Assembly (NCBI GenBank): GCA_951406725.2
Contig: OX597816.1
Span: 106,516,001-106,580,000, forward strand
DNA: 64,000 nucleotides
Source of the DNA: Octopus vulgaris
Taxonomy: Eukaryota
Direction of reading: 5' to 3'
Shown here: one piece after another, positions 1 to 12,321 of the stretch
Position numbering within the stretch: the first letter of the stretch is position 1
Layout of the letters: each line of letters starts with the position of its first letter
Translations under genes and position numbers: made by a program
The notes under the pieces: generated by a model
Databases searched by the model: none
What the model was told of the DNA's origin: nothing
Seen by the model: only the letters and a program-made list of their open reading frames with translations

Positions 1-790
1 TCAAGCACACCCAAAAAGTTGATCAACAAGCTTAAACAGCTGCTGGAGCCAGGCATGCTGTGGTGCTTCTCCATTAAGAAGAATTTCTGTCAAGACCAGA
101 AGATCAAATCCCAGAACAACAAGTGGCTCACTGTCTCACCCAAGGATATGCCCAGAGTCATGCAAATGAAATTTCCAGCGACAATCATAGTCTTCAGTGT
201 CTTTTTGCTACCCCACCTCTTCCCTTATAGCCTCCGGTTGAACACCGCTGGCTACATCCATGTTCTGAGCAAGGTGATGAAACCCTGGATCGACTGAGTA
301 ACAGCAAAATTCTGGCCCTGCCACACCAGCCAGAAGACCCCACCATGGCTGTCAGAGAATTTCTTCAATCACACAGCACCTGACATTTGGCCTCTCAACA
401 CGCCTGACTGCAAACACCTCGATTTCTTTGTATGGGTCGTGGTGGAACGAGAGACCATCAAATCCAGGTACTAATACGAAGGACGAGCTGAGGGCCAGGA
501 TTATCAAGGCCATCAGGAGTCTAAAACGTGAGACAATGACGAGAGCCTGTGGGCGGTTTCGAGGTCACCTGCTAGCTGTCATCGAGACCAAAGACGGATT
601 CATCAAGAGAGATTGACAGAACATGTCATGAAGACAAACTGACCCAAATTTGATGATTATACTAAAAAAATACAAATGGTTTTATTTTTTTCCTGAGAGA
701 GACATCATGCAAGCGAATACCGTCCGCACGGTATTCGTTCGCATGATGACTGTGTAGTATGGCAAATCTCCGCTTCTACTCTACGTCTAC
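1..790 (+). mobile_element. Decayed Tc1/mariner transposase C-terminal half (maT/DD37D-like)
   Basis: Broken frames read KFPATIIVF..., LRLNTAGYIHVL..VMKPWI, WPLNTPDCKHLDFFVW (a WPPNSPDLNPLDY variant) and ..RACGRFRGHLLAVIETKDGFI; stops and frameshifts present. Confidence 0.75.
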
Positions 791-1989
791 CATATTTAAT
801 AAAAAGAAGGGTATGTTGCATAATATAATATTAGATACACTGCAACAGAGAAAAAAAAACATGAAGGTCCTGGCTAGAACACCTTACACCATAGTTTTTC
901 TTGGTAAGGGCTGACATACGATTAAACATCAACACTCGTAACCGGATTTGGCACAAAAAAAAGAAAAATTAACTTTAAAAACGAAAAACTTAATTCTTTT
1001 TTCACAAAATGAATAAACTGATATGAAAGTGAAGTTAAGGCAGGAAATTATAAATCTGATATTTCTCAGACCAATAATTTTCTGTCTAGGATCAGAAAAA
1101 TAGAGGGATACGCTGTTAATAGATAAAACCGGCTCACAACCAACTGAATAAATTTAGTTAACCTCTTGAAAATTGTTTCCGGGAAAAGCGATCTGAACTC
1201 TAAAACTCTACATTTATTTATTTATTTTTACAAAATAATTCGGTGAGGCGGAAGAAATATACTGGATTCTTATAATAAAGACAACCAACTCTTTAAATAT
1301 ATAATAGTTGATATTTCCTAAAAGAAATCAAAATAAAACGAGTTCGTGCTCACACATATAAATAGTTATACATATACACATTAACAAGGTTATAAAGTTG
1401 TCTCTCTTGTTTCTTTCATTTGGTTCAAGGGAAGTAACAATCTTAGAGGTGTGTATGCGTGTAGGGAACGACTGATCAGCAGACAAATCGGTAAGCAGAC
1501 AGAAAGGGACACAGACTGAAGAAGGGAAGTAGTTCGATAGATAGATTGACCAAAGAACATTTTGTGTATATGTGAGGATGTTTTGTACTTTCAATGTGTT
1601 TAGGAATATATGTACAGGTGTCCAGTCACAGAAATCTAGCCAAACAGATATAGGAACCTCATCGGACACATGTAAAACCACCTAATTCATGCCAGTATAG
1701 AAAATGGACATAAAATGATGATGATGATGGCGGCGGCGGCGGTAGAGGTGGTGGGTGGTGGTGGCGGCGGCGGCGGTGGTAGAGGTGGTGGTGGTACTAT
1801 CCTCATCATCATTCTCATTTTCACATGCACTTTTCCATGCTCACATGATTCAGCCAGAAGTTGAGGCAACTACTTTACAGCTGGATGTCTATCCTGTCAC
1901 CAACACTCATCTGTCTCCTCGGACATGTTTTCATGGAAGACTGGAAACAGACATCTCCTGTATGATAGTAACACATTTATAACTATCAA

Positions 1990-4562
1990 TTTGCCAATGT
2001 TCTGCGCCGTGAGGATGAAAGACTTGAGGTATTTCGTGTTGTTGACAGTGTGTGAGAGAGAATCATGACATGGTAGGAGAGAAATGTGTTCGCAAGGATG
2101 ACGGTTCACTTGTGCTAAATGAGGATGCAAAGAGAGAGGTTTGGAGACGCCACTATGAAAGGTTGCTGAATGAGGAAAATGAATGGGATAAAGAGAGTCA
2201 GCCGAATGTCGACCCAACAGAGGGACTAGCAATCCGAGTTGACAGTTCCTTAGTAGTTAAGGCAATTACAGGCATGAAAACAGGGAAAGCCCCAGGCCCA
2301 TCAGGAATTACTGCAGAGATGCTCAAAATATCTGGTAGTGTTGGCTATAGCCTAGTCACCCATATAGTTAACCAGGTGATACACGAAGGAGTCATACCCA
2401 ATGACTGGTGTAGCAGCATAATAGTCAACTGCTACAAAGGTAAAGGTGACGCCCTAGATACAAATAATTACAGGGGTATCAAGCTGCTGGATCAGGTAAT
2501 GAAGGTTATGGAGAGGGTTATAGCCCAACTAATTAGAGAGAGAGTTAGCTTAGATGAGATGCAGTTTGGGAAAAGTACTACTGATGCTATATTCCTGCAG
2601 GAGAAATACCAAGCCAAAGATAAGCCCCTGTACCTGGCTTTTGTTGACATGGAGAAAGCCTTCGACAGGGTCCCCCGACCCCTTATCTGGTGGTCAATGA
2701 GGAAACTAGGGATAGATGAATGGTTAGTGAGAGCTGTGCGAGCCATGTACAGAGACGCTGCTAGTAAGGTGAGGGTTGGCAACAAGTACAGTGAAGAATT
2801 CCGGGTAGAGGTTGGGGTCCACCAAGGTTCAGTCCTCAGTCCCCTCCTATTTATCATAGTCCTCCAGGCAATAATGGAGGAATTCAAGACAGGATGCCCC
2901 TGGGAGCTCCTCTATACTGATGACCTTGCTCTAATTGCTGAGTCACTATCAGAACTGGAGGAGAAGTTTCAGGCGTGGAAGCAAGGTTTAGAATCGAAGG
3001 GCCTTAGAATCAACCTAGCCAAAACCAAAGTCCTAATAAGTAGGAAGGTAGACCAATCACAAACGCCTTCAGGTAGATGGCCCTGCTCGATCTGTAAAAA
3101 AGGCATAGGTAGAAACTCTATAAGGTGCACCAAGTGTAAGCTATGAACACATAAGAGGTGTAGCAATGTCAAAGGAAGGCTAACTAGGAAAATAGTTTTT
3201 ATCTGTGGCAGATGCTCAGGAGCAATAAACACTGAAAATGTGCAGAGACCAACTTCTACCACGTTACAGGGAGAAAAACTAGAAGTAGTTGATAGCTTCC
3301 GCTACCTAGGTGACCAAGGTGTGTGCTGAAAGTGTAACTGCTAGAGTAAGAATAGCCTGGGCAAAGTTTAGAGAGCTCTTACCCCTGCTGGTGACAAAAG
3401 GCCTCTCGCTCAGAGTAAAAGGTAGACTGTATGATGCATGTGTACGTACAGCCATGCTACATGGTAGTGAAACATGGGCTGTGACTGCTGAGGATATGCG
3501 TAAGCTCGCAAGAAATGAAGCCAGTATGCTCCGATGGATGTGTAATGTCAGTGTTCATAATCGATAGAGTGTAAGTACCTTGAGAGAAAAGTTGGACCTA
3601 AGAAGCATCAGTTGTGGTGTGCAAGAGAGACGTTTGCATTGGTATGGTCATGTGACGAGAATGGGTGAAGATAGTTGTGTGCAAAAGTGCCACACCCTAG
3701 CAGTTGAGGGAACCTGTGGAAGAGGTAGACCCAGGAAAACCTGGGACGAGGTGGTGAAGCACAACCTTCGAACTTTAGGTCTCACCAAGGAAATGACTAG
3801 AGACCGAGACCTATGGAAGTATGCTGTGCGTGAGAAGACCCGGCAAGACTAGTGAGACCATAACCCATGGCCTCTACCTGGTATGTAGCCAGTCGACTTA
3901 TACATACCTTTCCTTCTTGGGACACAAAACTCCACTTGTGAAGACCCGTTGAGGCAAGTGAAAATCAAAATCAAAATCAAAATCAAACCAAATCAAATCA
4001 GATATCAGAAAGCAGAACCAAAATCGAAGTCGATCAACATCAATGGAAATTGCAGCTGTGATACCAGTGCCGGTGACAAGTAAGCGAACCATCCGATCGT
4101 GCCCGTTGCCAGCGCCGCCCCGACTGGCCTCCGTGCCGGTGGCATGTAAAAAGCACCATCCATTCATGGCCATTGCCAGCCTCGCCTGGCCCCCGTGCTG
4201 GTGGAACGTAAAAGCTCCATCCGTTCATGGCCGTTGCCAGCCTCGCCTGGCCCCCGTGCCGTTGGCACATAAAAGCACCATCCAATCGTGGCTGTTGCCA
4301 GCCTCGCCTGGCCCCCGTGCCAGTGGCACATAAAAAGCACCATCCGTCCGTGGCCGTTTGCCAGCTCCGTCTGGCAGCTGTGCGGGTGGCACGTAAAAAG
4401 CACCCACTACACTCACGGAGTGGTTGGCGTTAGGAAGGGCATTCAGCCGTAGAAACACTGCCAGATCAGACTGGGCCTGATGCAGCCTTCTGGCTTCACA
4501 GACCCCAGTTGAACCGTCCAACCCATGTTAGCATGGAAAGCAGACACTAAATGATGATGATG
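1990..4562 (+). mobile_element. 5'-truncated RTE-clade LINE: ORF2 RT and C-terminus (2052-3852, disrupted) plus 3' UTR with 60-bp repeats and (GAT)n tail
   Basis: KAPGPSGI, NYRGIKLL, FVDMEKAFDRV, GVHQGSVLSPLLF, YTDD, FRYLG, MLHGSETW, RLHWYGHV, GRGRPRKTW. A TGA at 3144 and a frameshift near 3320 disrupt it. It is nested in an older SINE (1795-1990 / 4562-4600). Confidence 0.95.
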
Positions 4563-4596
4563 CAAGGAGATTCACAAACAAACATATGCACACACA

Positions 4597-4930
4597 CATC
4601 ATCATCATCATCATCGTTTAACGTCCGTATTCCATGCCAGCATGAGTTGGACGGTTCGACCGGGGTCTGGTAAGCCAGGAGGCTGCACCAGGCTCCAGTC
4701 TGATCTGGCAGTGTTTCTACAGCTGAATGCCCTTCCTAACGCCAACCACTCTGTGAGTGTAGTGGGTGCCTTTTACATACCACCAGCACAGGTGCCAGGG
4801 GATGCTGGCAACGGCCATGATCAGTTAGTGCTTTTTACATGCCACCAGCACGGAAGCCAGTCAAGGCAGTACTGGCATTGGCCATATTTGGATGGTGCAT
4901 TTTACATGCCACCGGCACAGGTATCACAAC
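4597..4930 (-). mobile_element. 3'-terminal fragment of the same RTE family, inverted
   Basis: Reverse complement of 4040-4560 (catcatcgtttaacgtccg...gcccttcctaacgccaaccactc...gtgctttttac). Confidence 0.9.
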
Positions 4931-4954
4931 CTGTGTATGTATGTTGTGTGTAAA

Positions 4955-6575
4955 CATATATATATATATATTAACAGTAATGGTAAGACAACAAAAGAAT
5001 GAAAGAGACGATATTATGTGAATAAAGGAATTTATCTGTAATATAATATGACAATTATTTGGTTGCCATAATAAGACTCCAAGTTTCGGATGTTGGGGCA
5101 GAAACCTGCTCTGGAAGTAAAAAGTAAAGAAGTACAAATGATCATAGACAAAAAAGAGTCCTTTATAACAATCAAGGACCATAAAAAGAACTTCCTATCT
5201 AATCCTAAATGTAGGCTTATTAACCTAGCTAAATCAGAAATTGGTATTATTAGTAAAGAAATTATAGGAAAAATCAATACGAAAGTCAGGAAAGTCAGGT
5301 TAGTACAATGGTCCAATAGTATAGAAGTCATTGACTGGTTTAAAGTCATTTAGAATAAGAATAAAGCGAGATTTATGCAATTTGATATTGTCGATTTCTA
5401 TGCCTCTATCTCTAAGGAACTGCTAGATAAAGCCCTCACCTTCGCAAGCGAATTTATAGAAATTAGTACACAAGATAAGGACATAATCTTCCATGCTGGA
5501 AAGACTTTACTCTTCAGTGAGAATGTAGAATGGGTCAAGACAACCGATACAGAGGGTGCTTTCGCTGTGAGCATGGGGTCATATGATGGAGCAGGCACAT
5601 GCAATCTCACATTCGATACGTTGGACAAGACTTTTCATGACATATATTTCTCCATTTACAAAGATGTTGCCCTTGCTTTAACCACAAATACCAATGGACC
5701 AGCACAAGATCGGTTTAGGAGGGACATTCTCCAAATGATGAAAACTTTCAGTCTTAGCATAACTCCAGATACCAACCTGATGGTTGTCGATTTCCTAGAT
5801 TTATCCTTAGATCTAAATAAGAATATTTATAAACCTCATAGGAAGCCCAACAATAGACTTAGTTATATTAATGTGGGTTCCTGCCATCCCCCCATAGTGT
5901 TTAAAAATGTTGATTAAAATATTAGCAAAAGAATTTCTAGCCTCCTCTCTGATAGGGACATTTTTAATAGTGTTGTCCCAATATATAATAATGCTCTAAA
6001 AGATAGTGGATTTAGCAAGGAAATAATCTATGCACCTGTCACCAGTCCAATAATAAAGAAAAGGAAACATAGAATAAGAAAACTATCTGGTTCACACACC
6101 CCTGCTCCCCCAAAGTGACCTTTAATATAGCTATGTATTTCTTAGCACTGATAGGTAGACATTTTCCAGTCAATCATAGTTACAGAAAGCTCTTCAATAG
6201 GCATAAATTAAAAATCAGTTTCAGCTCAACTACTGATTTTAAAAATATAATTGCACACAACACACAAAAACCACAAAATGAAACCAGCTGTTCATGCAGG
6301 GATAAAAATTTGTGCCTGCTAAATGGAGCTTGCATGTCTAAGACCATCATTTATGAAGCCACCGTGGACTCTACAACCACTAAGGACACAGTTTCGACAA
6401 AGAAATATGTGGGCCTTACTGAGGGGAATTTTAAGGCCAGGTTCAAGAATCACATCTTGAGCTTCGGGTACTGGGATAAAAGGAAAACAAACAAATTATC
6501 CAGTCATATATGGTCCTTAAGAGATAAAGGTGTCAGTTACAACATCCATTGGAAGATCTTAGCCAAGTGTAAGCA
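4955..6575 (+). mobile_element. Penelope-like retroelement, Naiad-type (RT plus GIY-YIG endonuclease), pseudogenised
   Basis: TIKDHK..NPKCRLINLAKSEIG, FDIVDFYASI, MGSYDGA, degenerate YKDV for YRDD, VDFLDLSLDL, CSCRDKNLCLLNGAC linker and IIYEA...YVGLTEGNFKARFKNH (GIY-YIG). Stops at 5351 and 5915; abuts a (TA)n tract. Confidence 0.88.
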
Positions 6576-6905
6576 GTGGTTTCAATTCCAAGACCTGGCA
6601 TTGTGAGTGTTTATTGAGCGAAAAACCTTAAAGTTCCATGAGGCTCCGGCAGGGTGGGGGCTAGCAAACCCTGCTATACTCTTTTACTGTAACTTACTCT
6701 CACACTTTCTTCCTGTTTCTTTTCTACCTGTATTTGAAAGGGCCAACTTTGTCACACTCTGTGTCATGCTGAATCCTCCTGAGAACTACATTAAGGGTAC
6801 ATGTGTCTGTGGAGTGCTCAGCCACTTTGCACGTTAATTTCACGAGCAGGCTGTTTCATTGATTGGATCAACTGGAACCCTCGTTGTTGTAACAGACAGA
6901 GTAAT
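6575..6905 (+). mobile_element. 5'-truncated SINE of a further family, truncating the PLE
   Basis: B-box-like ggtttcaattcc followed by a non-coding SINE-like body ending before (CA)n; the PLE reading frame loses homology at this point. Confidence 0.5.
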
Positions 6906-7442
6906 ACCCACACACACATACTTTAGCTAAGTAGTTTTAAGTTGTCACACAAGTAATGAACTTGCATGAAGTTTATTACTGCTTATAAAGTTTTTATATG
7001 CTAAAACTTGTTTGATGTCTCACTATTATGGACCATTATCCTTACTATAATTATCTTTACTGTAATGAAGATCTCACAGTACATAGGTAGTACTAGAATG
7101 CACCAAAAAATGAGCCTGTATACAGTCACTCACTATACAAGAAATAATAGCCAAGTCTTCCTTGTATCACATCCTGCCATCTCAAAAAAGGAGATCTCAC
7201 TGGATAATGTAACACTAGATATCCAAAATGGTTGGAATGCCTTTGATGAGAGGTTTGCTATATTGATAACAGCAAATAAGTTCTTCAAATCTATTTATTG
7301 CTACACTAGAGCCCGAAAATGGAAAAGAAAAACAAAATGAAGAAATAAGAGGGAAAGAGAAAGAAACATTTATTTAAGCAAACTGAAAACTATTATGAAA
7401 GGAGATTGTTGATTCACAGACATAATATATATTGAATGAAAG

Positions 7443-7657
7443 ATGGCAAGCTGGCAGAAATGTTAGCACACCAGGTGAAATGCTTAGCAGTATTTCATCT
7501 GTCCTTACATTCTGAGTTCAAATTTTGCCGAGGTCGACTTTGCCTTTCATCCTTTCAGGGTTGATAAATTAAGTACCAGTTGTGTACTGGGATCGATTTA
7601 ATCAACTGGCCCCACCCCCATAATTTTGGGCCTTGTGTCCAGAGTAGAAAAGAATAT
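7443..7657 (+). mobile_element. tRNA-derived SINE family A (ggcgagctggcagaa... head, gcctttcatcctttc central domain)
   Basis: Head ...gagttcaaattttgccgaggtcgactttgcctttcatcc...; homologous to 33657-33884(-), 59034-59700 and 61350-61955. Confidence 0.85.
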
Positions 7658-7779
7658 ATATATTGAATGACTTGATAAGTAGCGGAATAACCTTAAATTC
7701 AAATCACATCTAAAACTGGTGGGAAAAAATATACAAAACTGTAATCGATCTTCAAAAAGAAGTCAAAATTTGCAATTCT

Positions 7780-7925
7780 TCCTCTTCTTCTTCTTCTTCT
7801 TCTTCTTATTATTATTATTATTATTATTACCATCATCATCATCATCATCATTATTATTTTTTTTATTATTATTATTTGGCAGAGGATGGTTGCATTCATA
7901 GGCTCTATCATCCTCTTCATCATCA
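7780..7925. repeat. Compound microsatellite (TCT)n(TAT)n(CAT)n
   Basis: Read directly; it explains the low-complexity ORFs at 7699-7981. Confidence 0.95.
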
Positions 7926-8351
7926 TTTAACATCTGTTTTCCATACTGGCATAGGTTGGATGATATGACAGAAGCTGGCAAGCCAGAAGACTCAACAGTG
8001 AAGCCTGGTGCAGTCTTTTAGCTTATCAGTACCTGTCAAACCATCTAATTCATGCCAACATGAAAAATGGACATTAAATAATGAAGATGAAGATAGATTT
8101 TATAAAGGTAAATAAAGTTATTGACTTCCTTTTATGAATTGAATTTATTTTTTACTTGTTTCTATCATTGGACTGGGGTTATGCTGGGACACTGCCTTGA
8201 AGGGTTTAGTCCAACAACTCAACCCCAGTAGTTATCTCTTATTCTATTGGTCTGTTTTATTGAATTAATAAATTATGAGAGTGTTGGCAAGTGCTGGTAG
8301 GTGGTGGACAAGCACAAACACAAAAACACACACACACACGTCTATACATAC

Positions 8352-9646
8352 ACAAGGGCCAGCTGAAAAGTTCATAAGCTGATCAACATACTCTCATGGA
8401 ATGTAACCAAATGAGGTTTATTTTTCAACATAGTCCTCCTTGCAGTTCATACACTTCTTCCATCAGTATCGCAGTGCTTGGAGCACCCATTGGTGAAGAA
8501 GCTTTCATCCTGTTGATCAAAAAAGTCATCAACAGCATGTATGACATTGTCATCACTATGATACTGGTTCCCAGCCAAGTGTTTTTTCCTGTTGGGGAGC
8601 AGATGATAGTCAGATAGGGCCAATCAGGAGCATGGAGAGAGTAATCAACCAGTTCAAAACCACAGTCACACACAACAGCCATTGAAAACAAGGACTTGTG
8701 TGTTGGAGCATTGTACTGATGAAACAAGGCCCCTTTCATCAGTTTTCCTGGGCATTTGGTCTTGATAACCTTTTGTAACTTCCTCAGTAAGTTGGCATTG
8801 AACTCTCCATAAATGATGTGGCTTTTTCAAAGATAGTCAATAAACACAATGCCTTTTGCATCCCAAAAAACAGAGGCCATCACCTTCCCAGCAGATGAAA
8901 CAACTTTAGATTTCTTTGGAGAAGGTGAGGAGGGGTGTCTCCACTGCATGGACTGTCGCTTTGTCTCTGGCTCAAAGTGATGAAGCCAACACTCATCCTG
9001 GCTTAGAAAACACTCAAGGAAACCAGCTGAATCTGCCTCAAACAGTATTAGATTTTCCTGTGATGTGATCAGCCTGGAGTGCTTTTGATCAGATATCAGA
9101 AAATGTGGCACCCACCAAGCAAAAAGCTTCATCATGCCAAGTTCATTATGCAGAATATTCACAACTCTCTCACAAGATATGCTAATAGCTTTGGCTATTT
9201 AATTTGTAGCCAGTCGACTGTCATCCATCACCATGTAGTGAACACAATCAATGTTTTCCTCTGTAGTGACAGTTGTAGGATGTCCAGACCTTGAGTCATT
9301 TTTCCAGATTCTCCTTTCCTCTCCAAAATTCAGCTTCCCACTTTCAGGGTGTTGATAAAGCTGGAGCATCATTCCCAAATGTAGTGACCACATCAGCACA
9401 AATGTCCTTGGGGACTAAAGCCTGTTTACTGCGAGTACTTGATAACACAACAATGCCAAATTTTATTCATTTTTAAGTCGTTACTAGTTACATTTGAAGT
9501 TTTCTTTGAACAGTCAGACATCAGTTTACCTGGAAAGAAACAATGCAGTTATTAATAAGAAGGGTTGAAATTAATGCATGCAACATTTCACAGCTCTAAC
9601 ATCATTCCTTCATAATTTGCCTATGAACTTTTCAGCCTCTCCTTAT
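8352..9646 (-). mobile_element. Full-length decayed mariner (DD34D) element, about 1.3 kb
   Basis: TIR core gctgaaaagttcata(a/g)gc at both ends in inverted orientation; DECWLHHFEPETKRQSMQWRHPSSP, SAGKVMASVFWDAKGIVFIDYL, LFHQYNAPTH. It interrupts a minus-strand family B SINE (8145-8340 / 9735-9900). Confidence 0.92.
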
Positions 9647-9659
9647 GAGTGTGTGCGTG

Positions 9660-9667
9660 CGTGTATG

Positions 9668-9725
<58 letters not shown>
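9660..9725. repeat. (GT)n microsatellite
   Basis: Read directly. Confidence 0.95.
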
Positions 9726-9727
<2 letters not shown>

Positions 9728-10654
9728 ACATATCCAATGGGCTTTCACACTGTTTCCATCTGCCAAATTCACTCACAAGGCATTGGCTGGGTGGAAATTA
9801 TAGTAGAAGACACTTGCTCAAGGTGCTGCAGGGTTGAACTGGACCCAAAACCTCATGGCAGCAAAGTGAGCTTTTCAACCATATAGCCATGCCTGCATCT
9901 ATTCATGTAGTTTCTTTTAAGAACTAGAAAAAAGTTATTAAACAAATTAAGCAATTAAAAAAGAGCCTCAAAGTTTTGTTGTTTTTTGGTTAGATTAATC
10001 TATTTAATTTCCATTTTTTTTATTTTCATATTTGGAGAAATAAGCTGTGCCATGCACTTTGCAGAACCTCTGGGATCAGTGAGATCAATGAAATTAATAT
10101 TCTCTTCCATCAACTGAAACTGGACAGCCACAAAAAAACCATGGGAAAGGAAGGAATTCCAGAGAATCTATGTTCCAAGGAGGATGACCTTGGGATAGGA
10201 ATTTGAGAGAAGCCTGTAGGGGTGGACATAATATAAGTGATGGAAAGAAGTGATAAGCAAAAATTAGGTAGGTCCAAGATCATTTTAAAATCTTTAATTT
10301 ATCTAAAATCTGGCCAAAATTTTAATGCTAATATTTGAAATCAGAAACAGAATTAATTATGTAATCTAGTTAGGTTGTACCAAATGCTATTATGTTGTTA
10401 TTTATTAATTTTTTCTTGGGTGACAGCTTAATTTGCAACCCAGTTAATACCACCTCTTAGCTCTTAGGGCCTTCAGGAGAGTTCACTCTGTAAGTATTTG
10501 AGCCTGATGTCTAGCCTGATGATAACAGCTTCTCATAAGCCTTAGAGATCCTGAAAAAAAGGTAGTGGACATTGCTCTATTTTCTCTGATCGACATTAAA
10601 AAAAGAAGGGATGCACAGCAATAGTTAATACATTATGCACAGCAATAGGTTTTT

Positions 10655-11030
10655 TTTACCTTTTATTTGTTTCAGTCATTAGACCGTGGCCATGCTGGAG
10701 CACCACCTTGAAGAGTTTTAAGTCAGACAAATTGCCCCTGTACTTTTTTTAAGCCTTGTACTTATTCTATCAGTTTCTTTTACCAAATTGCTAAGTTACA
10801 TGGATGTAAATGTACCAACACCAGTTGTCAAGCAGTAGGGTGGACGGACAAAAACACACAGACACATGACAGGCTTTTTTCAATTTCCATCTACCAAATC
10901 CACTCACAAGGCTTTGGCCAACCCAAGACTATAGTAGAGGACACTTGCCCAAGGTGCCATGCAGTGTGACTAAACCTAGAACCATGTGGTTGGGAAGCAA
11001 GCTTCTTACTACACAGCTACACTTGTGCCT
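10655..11030 (-). mobile_element. SINE family B (CORE-like accttgggcaagtgt domain, tail ...gactgaaacaagtaaaaga)
   Basis: Reverse complement of the 14643-15022 copy. Confidence 0.85.
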
Positions 11031-11819
11031 AAGTTAATACATTAAATATTTTAAAATTCTAATGAAAAACCCTTTCAAACATTGCAATTATAGATTTGAT
11101 AGGAAATCATTGTTTACCACAAAATGTCATTGTTCTTCTATGTTAAATCCCATTGTGCCTGCCTGTGCATTTGAATAGTCAAGGACAACAATTTACTCTA
11201 AAGAGAGAAGATAATGGGAAGATTTACCTTTCAACACTAGGTGTATATTTAAATAAATGACTGGTGCGTTTCATTTAGTTAAGAATAAGTTTACTCTGAT
11301 AGCCTTTCTTTCTTATCTGGTATGGCATTCAGATATGTTGGAATCTGTAATTATAATTTAGAGGACATTTCATTCAATTTTTTGAAATAACCATTTTTTT
11401 TACCTTACCAGTGCTCTCTCTCTCTCTCTCTCTCCCCCTCCCTCCCTCTCTCTCTCTCCAATTTCTGTGAGTTTAGTTGATTGTCAAGGAACAAATACCG
11501 AATGATGGTCTGAAGCAAGATGGAAGAAGATGAAGTTTCAAGAATAATGTTGACCCCTATATCTGAAGAAAAATATATCACAATAAAGAAAACCAAATGT
11601 TAAGTTATACAGATATTAAAACCACATGCTAATTCAGAGGACTATGCAGACTAGTAATTTTTGAAATGCAGTGTTTACAGTCTATACTAGAGCTATCATT
11701 ACAAGATAAACATAAAAACACTTCCACAATATAAGTTCTTTACATAACATACAACATTACCAAAGTGATAAAAAGAAGAGACTGAAATGGTTCAGCCATG
11801 CAATAAGACACCCAATCAT

Positions 11820-12022
11820 GAGTCTAGGACATTTACTCCTCATGGACAATAACCCCGCAAGGACAATTACCTCTGAGGACAACAGATGATGATTTAAAAC
11901 TTCTTAATATATTACAGAGGGGGAAATTAACCGAGGGGGGGATTGTCCTAGGGGGTAGTTGTCATCGGGGGAATTGTCCTATGGAGATAATTGTCGGGGG
12001 GGGGGGGGGTTGTCTTGATACG
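11820..12022. mobile_element. MITE with reiterated ggacaat / attgtcc subterminal motifs
   Basis: Flanking direct repeat cccaatcat at 11811-11819 and 12023-12031; left arm repeats ggacaat..cc and right arm repeats ggg..attgtcc. Confidence 0.7.
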
Positions 12023-12246
12023 CCCAATCATTAAATAGCATTGTGATGCAGGACTTATAAGAGAGGGGTTCAGCTAGTATATTAGTTTAAGGCCCGAAGA
12101 GCCAAAGGATGGCACATGAATATGTGACAGGTGTCTCCCTAAAAAAAATGTTATTTCTGAGGATCTCCACTCTACTTATTGTGGAAGTAACAGTCCACAA
12201 TGACTTTCCAAACACTAGACCATGTAATAGATTCACCTCTCAGCTC

Positions 12247-12283
<37 letters not shown>

Positions 12284-12321
12284 CATGTATACATACATAC
12301 ATGCATATACCCATTTAAGTG

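Noticed and set aside
3144-3146. Programmed readthrough or Sec at the RTE TGA
   Set aside because: The sister copy has TGG, so this is a simple nonsense mutation.
5190-6340. Selenocysteine recoding as reported in some Naiad elements
   Set aside because: The conserved Cys positions are TGT/TGC, and the internal stops are TAG and TAA rather than TGA.
7691-7714. 24-nt minus-strand microexon (cccaccAG|...AAG|gttatt)
   Set aside because: The donor is weak and there is no supporting context.
7699-7981. Homopolymeric ORFs (also 1687-1982, 9578-9886, 50417-50644)
   Set aside because: These are translations of microsatellites.
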